The notes: a model not told the origin generated them from the letters alone. A stretch of DNA of 64,000 nt from Octopus vulgaris (GCA_951406725.2 OX597819.1:64790001-64854000); one strand, 5' to 3'; positions 30,524-46,542 are shown, counted from the first letter of the stretch. Made by a program: numbers and translations.

Positions 30524-31399
30524 TTTTTAATCCTTACTTATCTACATAAATAGTTTAACATGAAATTGAGGGAGAACTGAATATTTTTGTAGAGCACAAA
30601 ATTATCATTCTTTGCCAAGAATTGTATCAAGAAGGACTACAAAATTTCAGCCATCTGAAACATCATAAGCTATGGTACACACACACACACACGCACACTC
30701 ACTCACACACACACTCACTCACACACACACACACACACACAAGCACACAAACACACACACATACATACATACACATACGCTCACACGTGCGCGCCGCAAA
30801 CACGAGATCGTATTATAATATTCTTTGATTGCCTTCCTACGATAATATCATCAATGTTTAAACGTGTTTTCGCCGGCATTGCTCTTATGATGACTTACGA
30901 AACATTGACGAACTTGTTGAGTAATTTCGCAATAGATCCGCGAAGTAAGAATAGTTAAATTCGATATTATACATCAGACAAATCACCTTTAAATCACAAC
31001 TAACTGTCTTAGAAAAAGACGCATCAGATATTATTTACTTCGGTTCATTCCACATACACAAAACCCGGTATTGACAGGTCTTGAATGGCCATCATCTTAA
31101 GGCTACTCGATCGGTATTCACAAGTGAATAAGCAACATCAAAGCAGTGAATCCATCATGGTGTGAAATACATTGTTGTATGCAGCCTTGCGCATTGGAAA
31201 CAGTAAATAACGTTGTCTCAATAACTAAAAGAAGGAAGGATGTTTGCAGCACATGGCTCCCTGATTCTCTATCTCATTTTCAATATACGAATACATACAT
31301 TCATACATACCTACTTACATACATACAAACATACATACATATATATGTGTGTGTGTGTATGAATGTACGAATGTACGTATGTATATAAATATATATATG

Positions 31400-31484
<85 letters not shown>

Positions 31485-31523
31485 TGTACATGCATGTGTG
31501 TATATATCTATGTATCTGCGTGC

Positions 31524-31583
<60 letters not shown>

Positions 31584-32554
31584 ACATACATACATAGACA
31601 CCCATACATACATATATAAATACATACATACATACTTCTGTACATACACACAGATATGTATACACCTGCCTTCTGTTACATGTCTGGAGTGAGTCGGTTT
31701 CATATGATGAGCCTTGTTATCGGAAGCAATTAAAGCAAATAAATTAAATTGTTTACTTATTACCTAGTGGAAACTAATGCACCGTACAAATCAGCGGCCC
31801 AAGATATTATGACTTAACGCCACAAAAAAAAAAGACATTCATTATATCCCCATCCGAATAGCTCTACAAAACCCACAATGATTACCATCATTAACTAAAT
31901 CATGAATAGTACAGAGAGATGGAACAGAATGACGCCGTAGTAGGCTGTTGAGAAGGGGTGATATGCCAAGAGAAGTAAAGCTGATCGAGGAGGTAAAAAT
32001 GAACAGGTAGAAAGAGGAGGTGATACTTGCGAGAGATCTGTAGCGGGTCGTCGACGAGGAAACCAAAAGGTTAACACTGAAAGATTGTAGAATTGAGCAA
32101 TGGAGAGAAAAAATTTGAGGACACACAAATTGAGAAACTGAACAATAGAAAATTAGAAAATGAGGAATGAAGAATGAAAACCAGAAAGAGAAGAAACATA
32201 TTTAAAAACAATTACAGAAAAAAGATGTTAAAATATTTAGAAAATAAAATTAAAATCAAAATGCAAAGATGAGAAACGGATATTAATATAAATATATTCA
32301 TACGAAGAGAATACTGTAGTATCATTTCAAATCACGAAAATCATTATCATTAGCACCAACATCATCACCAGCACCATCTTTATCGCCATCACCAGTGAGC
32401 GAAATACCGACGTTTATAACATTAAAGCCCACCTTCGTTAGGAGATATCATCTTCTCCAATAATTTCAAGTGCGTCGTCTTCAATATCAGGAATAAATTT
32501 CCCACCAATTTTTCATGACGATTTCCATAATGATAATATGCATTGGGGACAAGT

Positions 32555-32900
32555 TTCGCTGTGTGGTAAGACGCTAGCTTAACAACCACAATGTTCCAGT
32601 TTCAGTCCTACTGCATGGAAACTTTGAGCAAGTGTCGTCTTCTATAGACACAGGCCGATCAAAGCGTTGTGAATGGATTTGTTAGATGGAAAGTGAAAGA
32701 AGCTTGTATATATACATACATGCATACAAACATGCATATATACATATATACCTACACATATATATATGAGTGTGTGTCGCCACACCATCACTGCTGGTGT
32801 GAATGCATCCCCATAAGCTAGCTATCGGCACAAGTAACCCATAAAATAAGTACTTGATTTTAAAATGGCCGCAGTAAAAGGACTGAAATAAGTGGGGATA
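32555..32900 (+). mobile_element. SINE family B, degraded
   Basis: gctgtgtggtaag...ttcagtcc...ctttgagcaagtgtc...ggatttgttagatggaaagtgaaagaagc. Confidence 0.75.
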
Positions 32901-33871
32901 CAGGATAAAATAATGATCACCTTCATCACCATCATTTAGTATGCTTCAACCTAAAATCTCCAAGAAGTTAAGGAGATAGACAAAGAACATGCTGTCTCAC
33001 TCTAGCATAGAAGTTACTAAGTTTTTAAGAAGATACACATTGTTACAGACTCTGACTGTCACTGATTCTTTTTTGTTTTTATAGGGTCAATTTTAATTTA
33101 TAGACTAGCTTATCAAATCCCTTGTATATCTGAGGCTGAGAGAACAGAAGGCAGTATCTATTATGAGTAGGGCTGAGGGAGCAGACAGACATCATAGTTG
33201 GAATAGTCATAAAATTTAAGACTTATTAGAAGCAATATCATGAGGTTTGGTAAAGGAAAGCTTAAAACAATATACTAGCCGACAATTAAGGATGTCGCCC
33301 TCTAGCAGACTTTTGATAATGAAACAGGAGAAGTCTTATCATGTAGTACTATAGTTAAATATTTTAAACAATATTACTATTTTGTATACAGTTAAAGTTT
33401 ATTGTTATTCGGCGGATTATTAAAAAGAATATTATAAAAAAAGGATAGAAATTTATGAATACTTTTGAGTATATACCAAACTTTTACCACAAAAGAGGGA
33501 GGAAAAGAAATGATCCAGAAATAGTTTAATATTTATACACATTGTACACTTAAATACTAACTCATCAGATGGTATTTTTGAATATTGATTAATTGGAATA
33601 TACTGGTATTAATAAAGGAGTATTGAGGTAAATGAACATGCTAATTATATATGAATAAAATTATAATCTAAGCAGTTTTTATAAGTAGTGAATATACCAG
33701 TAGAGTTTTATATACGCTAAGTATCAACTTATAGATACAAAAATAAAAATTAATTTTATAAATGTTAAAGGCTTATTATAAAATAATAAAGAAATAAAAT
33801 GAAATAATCAAGTAGGGCAGAATACCATAGAAAAGGAAATAAAATAGCTTAATTATATATATATGTATATG

Positions 33872-33925
<54 letters not shown>

Positions 33926-34619
33926 AAGATAGATAGATAGACAGATACATACATACTACCATACATACATACATACATACATACATACATACATACATAC
34001 ATACATACATACATACATACATACATTCGAAGGAACACATATATAAATAGTTATATAGTTCCTATACAATAAAACTAACTAGACGAAGGAAATGAAATTC
34101 TCTTAGACGTGACTTCGGTATAAACAAATGCATTTTGTAAGAATCATATTTTCCATATATCACAACACACACACACACACAAACACACACAGAGCAAAGT
34201 GAAAAATATAAACAAATACAGCACGGAGTGACAGAGAGATAATGCGATGAATGGAGAGATAGTCGTAAATACTTTTCATATATATCAAAACTATTTACGC
34301 CTATTAGACATAAACTAATACACAAAACATATACAGACACAATTTACATAATTTCTAAGGCTTCCATGTTATATTAATAACTTCCAGGCTTGTAAAGTCA
34401 GGTGGTTTAGTTACGTCACGTTTTCCCCCTTGTTGGCTTGGAAAGTGTTTGATGTAAATATTAAATTATAGCTGATTCGATAAACAAGTCTGCTATAATC
34501 ATAAATATATTTAGTTTACTTTAATCTTGCTTATTAAATTCGACTTTACTTAACAAACAGCCCGGCATCACATTCATATATTTAGTTATTTATGTATTTA
34601 TTTATACAAAATATATATA

Positions 34620-34666
<47 letters not shown>

Positions 34667-35116
34667 ATGTTTGTATATGTATATATATATATACACGCAA
34701 ATATAAGAAAGTTCAGCAACGCATATATTTTCGTAACTGTGACAGAGATTGGTTTTGGCGTATGTGTCGTTGAAAACGTGTGAGCGTGAGTTTGTGCCGG
34801 TGGATATTGTACAGTGTTCATTTTATATGATTATACAGTAAATTTACACAAATAACTGAATATATGTAGACATATATACATACATACATACACATATACA
34901 TATATGCATACATACAGACATAATACATACATGCATACATACATACAAACATAATACATACATGCATACACACACACACACACACACAAACGCATATCTA
35001 TATATATAAAACTCAACTTTTGTGTATGTGTGTGTATCTGTGTGTGTGTGTCTGTGTGTTTAACTTTTGGGTCTACCAAGTTTCATTATTAAGGATGGAA
35101 AGTAGTGTGTAGCAAA

Positions 35117-35505
35117 TCTATGTATATAAAGATGAAGTTGTCTGTGTGTGGCAGGTTTGGTAGCCTTCAACTAACACTATCTCCTTCGAGACCCTGCAGC
35201 GCAAGTTGACCAAAATTGAGAGTATGATAGAAGAAGGCTTGCTCTTCATTCTGTAGAAGATAAAATTCAAATCGGACCATGTTAATACCAAAAATTATTT
35301 ACATCAAAAAGGTGCATTTTTTCTATGAAAACCCCTATTTTTTACGATTTTTGACTGCTGTGTCAGCATTTCTCGGTGTATTTCAACTGGAAAAACGTTC
35401 ACTTGAAGAGAATAACAAGTTGCATAATGCAGAATTTTTTCTTTACAAAAATTCCAAATCTAAAGGGTCGAAACAAACCCAAGCAACACCGGGTGATACT
35501 GCTAG
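35117..35505 (+). mobile_element. Non-autonomous Helitron
   Basis: a|TCtatgtatataaa...gtctgtgtgtg at the 5' end. Hairpin acccaagcaacaccgggt and tgCTAG|t at the 3' end. Confidence 0.75.
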
Positions 35506-35667
35506 TGTATATATAAACATGTATGTCTAGATGTACACACACACGTACACACACACACACACACACACAAAAACACACACATATATATATATATACATAT
35601 ATACACCCATACATATATACACCCATATATACACCCATACACACACACCGATCCACCCCACACACAT

Positions 35668-35870
35668 AGGTGCAGGTGTGGCTGTGTGGTAACAAACTTG
35701 GTTCCAAAACACATGGTTCTCAGTTCAGTCCCACTGTGTGGTAACTTGGCATGATGTGTCTTTGTGTTTCTCCCTCATCACTGCCTCACAACTGGTGTTC
35801 GTTTATTTACATCCCCATATCTTACTGGTTTCACAAGAAGAAACTGATAGAATATTTACCAGGCCTATCA
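35668..35870 (+). mobile_element. SINE family B with internal deletion
   Basis: aggtgcaggtgtggctgtgtggtaac...cagttcagtcccactg head joined to the tail segment. Confidence 0.75.
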
Positions 35871-35975
35871 AAATATAAAAAAAGCACTACGCTGTGTCTC
35901 ATATTTTTGTTTGCCCACTAAGTTGTATCTATCAATTTATCTTTGTGTGCGTATACACACACACATTCACACACA

Positions 35976-36097
<122 letters not shown>

Positions 36098-36172
36098 GAT
36101 TTCGTAGACAGGAACTGAAACAAATCAATCGTATATATATATATATGTATGTATATATGTAAGTGTATGTGT

Positions 36173-38717
36173 TTTGGCATTGGCAATATAAATGATAATT
36201 GTCACAGACTACTTTCTGAATTCTGTTCAACAGACCCGTAGTTACCACAGCGTGGATTGTGACACAGATCATTCACTAACAAGAAGCAGGGTGAGGATTC
36301 TGCCTAAAAATGTCCATCACTCCAAGAAAATGGGTTAAATACGCATTAACAGTGCCAGAACCTCGGACCCTGCACTGCTGTTTCTATCAAGGTTGCCTTC
36401 AATAGCTGCCCAACCTCCTTTGCTGAAAGTAGTTGGAATTATATAAGAGAGGCTTTGTATACCACATTAATAGATACTTTCGGCATGAGAGAAAGGCAAA
36501 ACCCAGATTTTGTTCAGTGCTGGGCTCTCAGGGTTGGAAACAGTTATCGAAGCAAAGCGTGCAGCTCCGATGCAATACAAAAGTGATTCGTCAACAAAAT
36601 CACTCGAAGAACTCAGAAAGGCAAGAAATGAAACCCAACTGACTGCCAGACGCTGTGCAAATAGGTATTGGCAGGAAATCTGTCAGAGTATCCAGTCAGC
36701 TGCTGACAGTGGGATGTATGCCGGTTTGAAGAATTTCCTCGGTCCATCCGCAACCAAGTCAGTCCCTCTGAAATCAACTACTGGGGATCTCATCAAAGAC
36801 CAAAGCAAGCAAATGGATACATGGGTCGAGTACTACCAGGATCTGTACTCATGAGAGACCACGGTAGCTGAGGCTGCAATTGAGGGTGTCAAGATCTTGC
36901 CAGTCAGTGAACTTGACAGTCTGCCATCTATAGCAGAGCTCTCCAAGTCTATTGACTCCTCCCTAGCATGTAACAAGGCTCCGGGAAAGATGGCATCCCC
37001 TTAGAGATCATCAAAACCGGCAAAAACACCATCCTGCTTCGGCACATTCATGAGCTTGTGTCAGTGCTGGGAAGAGGGTACAGTCCCTCAGGATATGCGA
37101 GATGCTAGCATCATTACGCTTTACAAAAACAAACGTGACCGTGTTGAATATAAGAATTACCGTGGAATATCTCTTCTAAGCACTGTTGTAAAGGCCTTTG
37201 TTCACATTATGCTGTCCAGGCTACAACTGCTTGCTTCTCGAATTTATCCAGAATCGCAGTGTGGCTTTAGAAGAAGCAGATCAACTATTGACATGATAAT
37301 CTCCATACGCCAACATCAGGAGAAGTCCAGAGAGCAGAAAATGCCATTATATATGGCCTTCATCGATCAGCCTTTGACTTGGTAAGTAGAAGAGTCCTCT
37401 TCATCCTACTCCAAAAACTCGTATGTCCACCAAAGCTGCTGAGGATCATCAAATCTTTCCATGATGATATGCAAGGCACCATACAACACAATGGTTCAAT
37501 ATCAGCTGGCTTCCAAATAAAAATCGGGATAAAGCAAGGTTGTGTCCTTGCTCCTACATGATTTGTCATCTCCTTCTCGCTGCTGCTGTCACATGCCTTT
37601 GAGACATCAGATGATGGATTGTTTCTGCACAGTATAAGTGATGGGAAACTGTTCAATCTCTCGCGTCTGCCTGCCAAGACCAAAATCAGAACCGTCCTGA
37701 TCAGGGAGAAGCTATTTGCTGATGGAGCCGCTCTGCCATCACACACAGAAGAAGCCCTACAAAGGCTCATGAACTGTTTTGAGCAAGCATGTGGCAACTT
37801 TGGCTTAGTTATTAGCCTCAAGAAGACCAACATCATGGGTCAGGTGACATCGGACATCCCAAACATACATATTGGAGGCCACAGACTACAGGAGGTGGAG
37901 ACGTTTACCTATCTTGGCTCTACTGTCACCTACAACCTATCCCTTGATGCTGAGCTCAATATACGCATTGGCAAGGCAGCTGCTGTGATATCCGAACTCT
38001 CCAAACTGGCATGGAACAACAATAAGCTGACCAAGACCACAAAAATGAAGATTTACCAGGCATTTATACTTAGCACTCTACTGTATGGAAGTGAGACTTG
38101 GACGCCATACGTCGTCTAAATATCTTTCACTTGCGCTGCCTCCGGAAAATCCTTCGCATCAAATGGCAGAATCATGTTCCCAACAAAGATGTCCTCAAGC
38201 AAGCAGGAGTACCAAGCATGTTTGCACTCCTCACACAAAGACGTATGAGATGACTTCGACATGTTAGCCGTATGGAAAATAGCAGAATTCTCAACGACAT
38301 ACTCAACGGAGAGCTTGCGAGGGGCACTAGGTCTGTGGGAAAACCGTTCTTACGATACAAGGACGTTTGCAAAAGGGTCATGAATGCCTGAAACATCAAT
38401 ATTACCAACTGGGAAGCAGTTGCCAGCAAGCGTGGAGATTGGCGACGTACCGTAAAAGAGGGAACACAAAGAAGTGACATAGAGAGAGATGAGAAATGGA
38501 AAGACAAGAAAATACGTCAACAAGAAACTATGACATTGCAACCAGTCAGGCAAAGTCTTCGCTACATTTGCGGCACCTGCCAGAGAGAGTGTTCGTCCAG
38601 GATAGGGCTACACAGCGACAGCAGGAAATGTATTGGGACATGAAATGTAAAAGAGGGACTAGAATATTTTATGCGCAACTCCATTGTCTCCCGAGACAAG
38701 AAGGATGCCAACAACAA
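36173..38717 (+). mobile_element. 5'-truncated RTE-clade (BovB-like) LINE, pseudogenised
   Basis: YRGISLLS, PESQCGFR..RSTIDMI, GIKQGCVLAP, LFADG (from FADD), FTYLGS, LLYGSETW and C-terminal CGTCQRECSSRIGLH. 3' hairpin ttgtctc-cc-gagacaa and (caa)n tail. Confidence 0.92.
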
Positions 38718-38999
38718 TATATATAGATTTCGTAGACAGGAACTGAAAGAAATCAATCGTATATATATATATGTATGTATAAATGTAAGTGTATGTGTGT
38801 GTCTTTGTCTTTGTGTTTCACCCTCATCACTGCTTCACAACTGCTGTTCATTTATTTACATCCACATAACTTACTGGTTTCACAAGAACAAACTAATAGA
38901 AAAAGTACTAGGCTTATCAACATAAAAAAGCACTAGGCTGTGTCTCATACTTTTGTTTGCCCACTCAGTTGTATCTATCAATTTATCTTTGTATGTGTG

Positions 39000-39072
<73 letters not shown>

Positions 39073-40278
39073 CACTCTAATGGGAGCCTTAACTCCCAAA
39101 TTTTAGTCATTTCTTTTATGATCCAAACTTTATGAAATTTGGAAATTATATTCTATGCAAATGGGCCATAAGGCAATTCATATATTTTTGCTGTTGAGGA
39201 AATTTTAAACATATATATAAGACACAAATGAAGTAATATTTATAAAATTTCATCTTCTTACAAAGTTAGAAAGACACCTCCATGGGGACTTAACACCCAC
39301 AATTTTGTCATTTTATCTGAGCAAAAACGAATACAGTTGTGCTCTTGGAAACTGTAGGGTTACCCGAGCATAAAAGTTAGGCAGTATTTCTAATTCAATG
39401 GTATAACAGTGTAGCAGTTTGCTTTGACATACACTTACATTGTGATTTCTGCAACGTGTTGCATAAATTGTCAAGTAAATGAGAGGTATCTTTGCCTCCA
39501 CTGATTCAGTTGCAAAGTGTTGAGTAAATTTATTTGATTGCAGACTTCCTTTCAGTCTTTTTGTTATCACCCGGTCACACACAGTCCCCAGATTGTGACT
39601 GGCCTTGCTAGATGAGTGACTGGTTATTCAAAGACATTTATAGATTTTAGATTTTTTCTGCCCAGTTACGTATCAGCATAGTGGTCAGCTGCAAACTCCA
39701 GAGTTATCACTTTAATTTCTCCTTAGCCCTCACGTCACACAATTACTATAGATTCGTAATGCATCTTACGGTTGTGCCTGTCACCTGGATGATGAGGAAT
39801 CCTACATTGAGAGTGGTAACAACTAGAGTAGAATAACTGACTGCTTATTGTGATCATTCGTCTTTTGGTTTCCTGTAGCTTTGGTCTCTTTTACAACCCC
39901 AGTGAACATATATTTCCTATTTTAAAGAAATTCAAACAATAGATATAAAATCCAAGTTAAAACATTTTCAACAATTCAACTTCTCTGGTTGACATTAAGA
40001 TGCCCACCCCCAACAGGGGCCTGAACTCTCGCATTTTAGAGCTCCATGACCTTCATTTTTCAGGAGCAAAATCTTTTTAACAGGTTCAATATGCCTGGAA
40101 TTTTGGAATATGCGCATAAAAATCAATAGTATGGGATACACGTGGCACGATTAAAATTTTTTTAGGGTGTGTAAAGAGGGAAATAACCCTCACCTACAAT
40201 TTTGATGAAATTCGAAACATATATATTCCAGTTCATTACAGAAGATATAACAGAAAAGTCTGATTCTTCAATTGAATG

Positions 40279-40308
40279 TAACCGGGCAACGCCGAGTATC
40301 TCTGCTAG
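40279..40308 (+). mobile_element. Helitron 3' terminus (5' end not located)
   Basis: accgggcaacgccgagtatctctgCTAG|t, same as 57602-57630. Confidence 0.6.
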
Positions 40309-40899
40309 TATATGTATAAAATATATATTTGGGAGTATATATATATATATATTTATATACACGTATAACATATATTTTTCGAGTATATATGTGTGTGTGT
40401 ATGTGTGTTTGTGTAAGAATATATGCATATGTGTATATGTATATATATAAAGATATATATATACATTTATACACACGCATATGTATATATATATATATAT
40501 GTATGTCTACATATATACATACATATATATCTAACTACCTATCTATACACAGACACACATATGGACACACACAGACACGCTCACACACACATTTATGTAT
40601 GTATTTACGCGTGTATGTGTATTATATATATTCTGATATGCAGCAGTAATTTTGTTTTCCTAAAATATAAACGAAAGTTTGATAAATGCTGCTACAAGTA
40701 AGGAAATGATTGATTGCAAGATAACTTCGTTGAAACCTATGTTGTCAACGCAGTGTAATTATTGGAGGCAATATGCTCGTATTCCATTTACGTACGCATG
40801 CGCAGTGGCAAACACACATAAACACATGCACTCACATGCGAAGATATGCGTAAACACACGCATATGTGTTGATGACTGTATATATATATATATATATAA

Positions 40900-41178
40900 A
40901 ATTGAATAAGGGTAGAAATTGATATTAATCAATTAAAGCCAGTGGCATGGCATATTAAAAAAATCCAAAGATAAAAATATTTTTTACATACAAAATGTAA
41001 AGGACTGACCACTAAAAGTGGACAGTCAATATACTAGATATAGACGTCAAAACCGCTATTTTCCACGAAGAATGTGTATTCCTGAGAACACATTCTTCGT
41101 GGAAAATAGCGATTTTGACGTCTATATCTAGCATATTGACTCTCCACTTTTAGTGGTCAGCTTTAAATTTTGTGTATA
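40900..41178 (-). repeat. (TA)n-embedded element with a near-perfect palindrome (73-bp arms, 10-nt loop)
   Basis: 41005-41077 vs 41088-41160, extendable to ~40987/41176. The rc of 40900-40970 resembles 1240-1318. Confidence 0.85.
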
Positions 41179-41180
41179 TA

Positions 41181-41523
<343 letters not shown>

Positions 41524-41786
41524 AGAGGAGAGACACAGAATTGAATAGATACACAGATATATATATATATATATATATACATGTATTTATTATTCTCTAA
41601 CAAAAATAGAATAGGATGTTTCTAAGTGTCGAAGTTGCGTCCAGTGAAATTATCCGATTTCGAATATTATTCTAGTGAAAAAATATTACCTATATGTACA
41701 CGTATGTAATACACTCATACATACACTTCTACATGCACATGCATGCATGCCTATGTACATAATACGTACATATATGTTTGCATGTA

Positions 41787-41873
41787 CAGGTGGCGTAGAC
41801 AACAAACAGATGTATTAGTATAACACTCGGAAATTGAAAAAGTCTTTAACTTCTCGCTCCTACGCTCTCCCGC
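41787..41873 (-). mobile_element. Family H1 fragment
   Basis: The rc gagagcgtagg...gtgttatactaatacatctgtttgttgtctacgccacctgt aligns with 30289-30372. Confidence 0.6.
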
Positions 41874-42444
41874 ATGTATGTATATATATATATGTGTGTG
41901 TGTGTGTGCCTATGGACATCTATCTGTGTGTATGCATGCACGATATATTTTCTGATAATTTCATCTTATGAGACTCCAGTTTGTCGTTCACTATCTCCAC
42001 ATTTTTATTGACTTAGCCTGCAAAATTTCTATTAACATATTTCTAAGAATGATGAAGCTCCCCATTGCATGTTTGAACGCTCGACAGACATACTCTCTGC
42101 AAACTTTTCGTCCTATTTTATCTATAGCATATGCGATTCTTATTTATTATTAGGAGTATTAGGAAAACTTAAATAGCGTTTATAGGATTTACATTCACCT
42201 CTATCCGTTCAACTGCGCCAAATTCGTATCGATATTCCACCTACTGTATTTACATTCACATTCACGTGTGATAAGTCCTGGTTGGGCTTCACCGGTTAAA
42301 CTGTAAATTAAAATATTTATTTCATTAAGTTTGTTCATATCACACTTGATTTTCTGTTTGTTGTCTTACAATCTCTGTAAAAATAGTACGATGATTTAAA
42401 GTTATTAGGCCTTATCATCAACAGCATTCTCTTTATATAATAAG

Positions 42445-42501
<57 letters not shown>

Positions 42502-43264
42502 GTTTGCAATATTTCGCCAAATCAGAATTATAATTGTTACTAAATGGGACTAGGGCTTTGGGAAACCTATATTACAAGAAATAAGAACTACATATATAAA
42601 TTTCCACACATACTCCTAAAGACAGACACACATACAAGTGTGTGTGTGTCTCTCTCTATATATAAATATATACATAAATATATATATATATATATATGTA
42701 TATTTACATATATACATATACATATATACGTGGATTATGTAAAGCTTAGTGTATGTATATCTATTCATGCGTGCACACCTGTATGTGTGCAGAGAGAACA
42801 TCTGAGACGGAGACAAAAAAATGACTATAAAATTGTTTATATAATTATTTCTCACTGTTTTCCTTTCATTACTTTCTATATTTTCTATTCTGTGACAAAC
42901 ATGAAACGACCACTACATTCCATGAAATAAACCAATGTTGGCCACCAAACCAATTTATACTTGCGGAAAGTACATTTATTATCTTAATAAAAAAAAAGGA
43001 AAGAAAAAAACACCCCTGTCTTGTGCTGAAAGCGAAACAAATTATAGTTGTTCCTTATCTTATCAAATCGAACATTCTCCAGTTGCGTGATATAAATTTA
43101 AAATTTTGCTGGAACCTGTTAATCCGCCAGTGGGGTCCAATATCTTCTCCTGTGCAATTAATTATGCTACCTACAAAAATAGCGTTATCTTCTATAGTTT
43201 TCTTCATAGAAACCATATTTTTTTCCGAAGGCAATATATACAAAAAATGTTGACACAAACATAC

Positions 43265-43405
<141 letters not shown>

Positions 43406-43498
43406 CATATATATACACATACATAGCTATATATATATACATTGATATAACGGTGTGAATGTAAGCGTTTGTGTGCGTGTGTAAGTATCGATGCATGC

Positions 43499-43560
<62 letters not shown>

Positions 43561-46171
43561 TGTTAGTTGAGTATTATCCATAAATCTATACAAATGCCAG
43601 AAACTACAGCAAATATGTCATTTGACACACGTATATTATCATTGAGTTGCTTCCTTGTCTGCAAAGTATGTGGCAAGTTTTTCAGCAGTTTTATCGAATG
43701 TCCTCATCCCATTCTATATAATACGAATACATGTATTTTTAAAACTTCATAGGGTATTTGTGTAGATATAGAAGAGTCACATCTACTCTAACCGCAATGG
43801 ATGGATTTTTTTTCTTTTTCATCCCGTCTTTCTTTTAAAATTGTTTTATTATAACTAAACTTTCAGTCTCTCTGTTGATCATGCTCAGCAAAATAAATAT
43901 CTATATAGATATGTATTGTTTTTCTTAATCTCCGTTCGGCCATGATTGATCGATGTATGCTCTAAGGATTTGCAATTCGTAACAAGACCGCAGTGTTGTT
44001 TTAGCTTCAGCTTATATTATCGTACGTATTTCAACGTCTTCTGGTTTTAATTCTGTACTGTGTGATAAGCAGAAAATTTAGCATTATATAAAAGCGTTCT
44101 AGTGTCCACGTATCTGTACCAACGTTAGCACAATCGAAACAGATATATTGTAATATCTTAAATGTTGACATTTAGCAAACATACATCGCATAAATAATAG
44201 AGAGGAAAACGAATGTATCCGTGTAATATCACTAAATTATATTTCTGGATAAGAAAAGAAACATCGATAAAACTGAAGTTCATGGTCACTCACACTAGAG
44301 GAATTAAACGTATCAAGGAAATATTCGTTAAGTTTCCTTTTTGCTTTGAGCAGGGAGTACATTATTTGCAGATGCATTTATATTCTACATCGTTGATTTG
44401 CCATTTATACATATGTACAGGTAAGAAAAGGTGGTGCCTCCACGTCAATTTTAATTATGTAGCCAGTGTATCAGAAAAGGCAAAGATACGTATTAATAAA
44501 AAATAAAATAAAATAAATTACATGAAGTGTAGACAATAAAGTAAAGATCGAAATATTGCTCGAATTATTGCCATAGGAAAATTATATTCTAAATTGGTAA
44601 AGAAGAAACAACGCCATGGCAAATTTCTGCAATACTTGGCACACTTGATGTAGATGTGGATGACGATAGTTAAAAGCTCGATAGTTGTGGATTCAAAGTA
44701 GAAACGAAAGATCTAAATCTTGAAGGCCTGAATCGCCGTTCGGCTAGAACGAGAACAGGAAAAAATATCTCAAATGCAGCCAGTACAATGATAATAAATA
44801 AAACAAATGCGATGAAAAAAGTATGTAATTTCTGGTTAAACAAACGCGCCAAGGTCCTACAATATGTTGAAACATGGTCGCATCAATATTTACAATATGC
44901 CAATATTTCCATACGAAAAGTTATGAAAGAATATAAAGATGTGCGGAGAAAGTACTTACAAAGACATGACAGTAAACACCCAGCCCAACCCCACAAAGAG
45001 ACCGGGTCAAAACATTCACATAGAACTAAAGGTGAACAATTATATATTTTTAATTTGATAGACAGTATGATCACTGCTCGAGAAAATATTGGACTGACGG
45101 TTGACCAAGGAACATTCATTGAGTTGTAAATAAATATGGGATAAATGTATAGAAAAAAACACATGGAACTAATAATTGTCCAAACAATACCTCAGTAGGC
45201 ACACTTCACATATTCAGATGCTACTTGCTTCGCATATATCACTGCAAAGCAACCACCTAATATATACACCATAAACTCGACAGCAAGTGTATCGTAAAAT
45301 TTACACAGCGTATATTCTCTATAGTTTTCCGCAAATAAATTATCAGAAAGCTCTTGCAAAATCGATACTAAAGCACATCTAAAACACTTCTGAATACACG
45401 CACAAAGCACATTCTACGTAATAACGCAAGAAAATCCTCAGAACACATTATCAGGTCATTCAACACAGGACATTAAAATATAGCACAACTCATGCAGCTA
45501 ATACAAAATGCAATCACCATCCAAGAAGATAAGACAATTGCACATCTCTTACGCAGCCAATACAGAAACACGCGAAAAATAACTAGAATCAAACAATTGC
45601 CATATTCAAAGAAAATTATAGTTTATACAAACTCATTTCTACATACACGAAAGGAAGTGTTGGAAAGAGCAATGCGCTTCAAACGAAGTAGAAATACGTA
45701 TGAAGCAGTAGAAATTGCGATAATGATAATAGTAATAGTGTTAATACCCCCAGAAAGAAAAGAATCCCATTTATATAAACATTAAATTATTTGTTTATTA
45801 TATGTGGAATATTCTACAGTGTGAAATGATAAACATTTTGAAACATAGTAAATAAATTAGATGTTTTATTAAATGAGAATTATTTTGATGTCATTACATA
45901 AGGCAAGATTCCTTCAGAATTATTTATGTTCTTCTTATCAGCATTTATACAAATTCAGCGTTTGAGAATAACGCGTAAATCTATTAAATGACATTCGATT
46001 ACATCTCCATTGTTTGATGAATAAATGTTAGAAGATGTAGGCCCGTGTGATATACATACATACATACATACATACATACATACATACACAAGTGTATACA
46101 TAAATAAGACGATATGCATAGATATAATGAAAGCATACACACGCGTATATATACATAGATATATGTACGTG

Positions 46172-46270
<99 letters not shown>

Positions 46271-46272
46271 TA

Positions 46273-46542
46273 CGTTTATATATTTGTTGTGCAAGAAGCA
46301 TAGGAGAGCGGGTAAATGAACATTGGAGACAAGTCAAGGAAGGTAAAAGCTCAGAGATTCTGTACTAACACGCCGAACAGGAACACGGAGGATCAATCAA
46401 CAACATAGCAATTAAAATATTGTCCACACATAGAACAGATGCAACAATCAGACAAATTACAGAAGCTACACACATAATAGAAAATAAGCCTAGCCTGAAT
46501 AGGAAACTAGAATGGAACACTAGCACACACCATAACATATGA
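46273..46542 (+). pseudogene. C-terminal GIY-YIG endonuclease remnant of a Penelope-like element
   Basis: Translates to [74 protein letters not shown]. This fits the PLE pattern R..EH / H...H / R.I.EA..I....P.LN. One internal stop, so it is absent from the ORF track. Confidence 0.8.
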
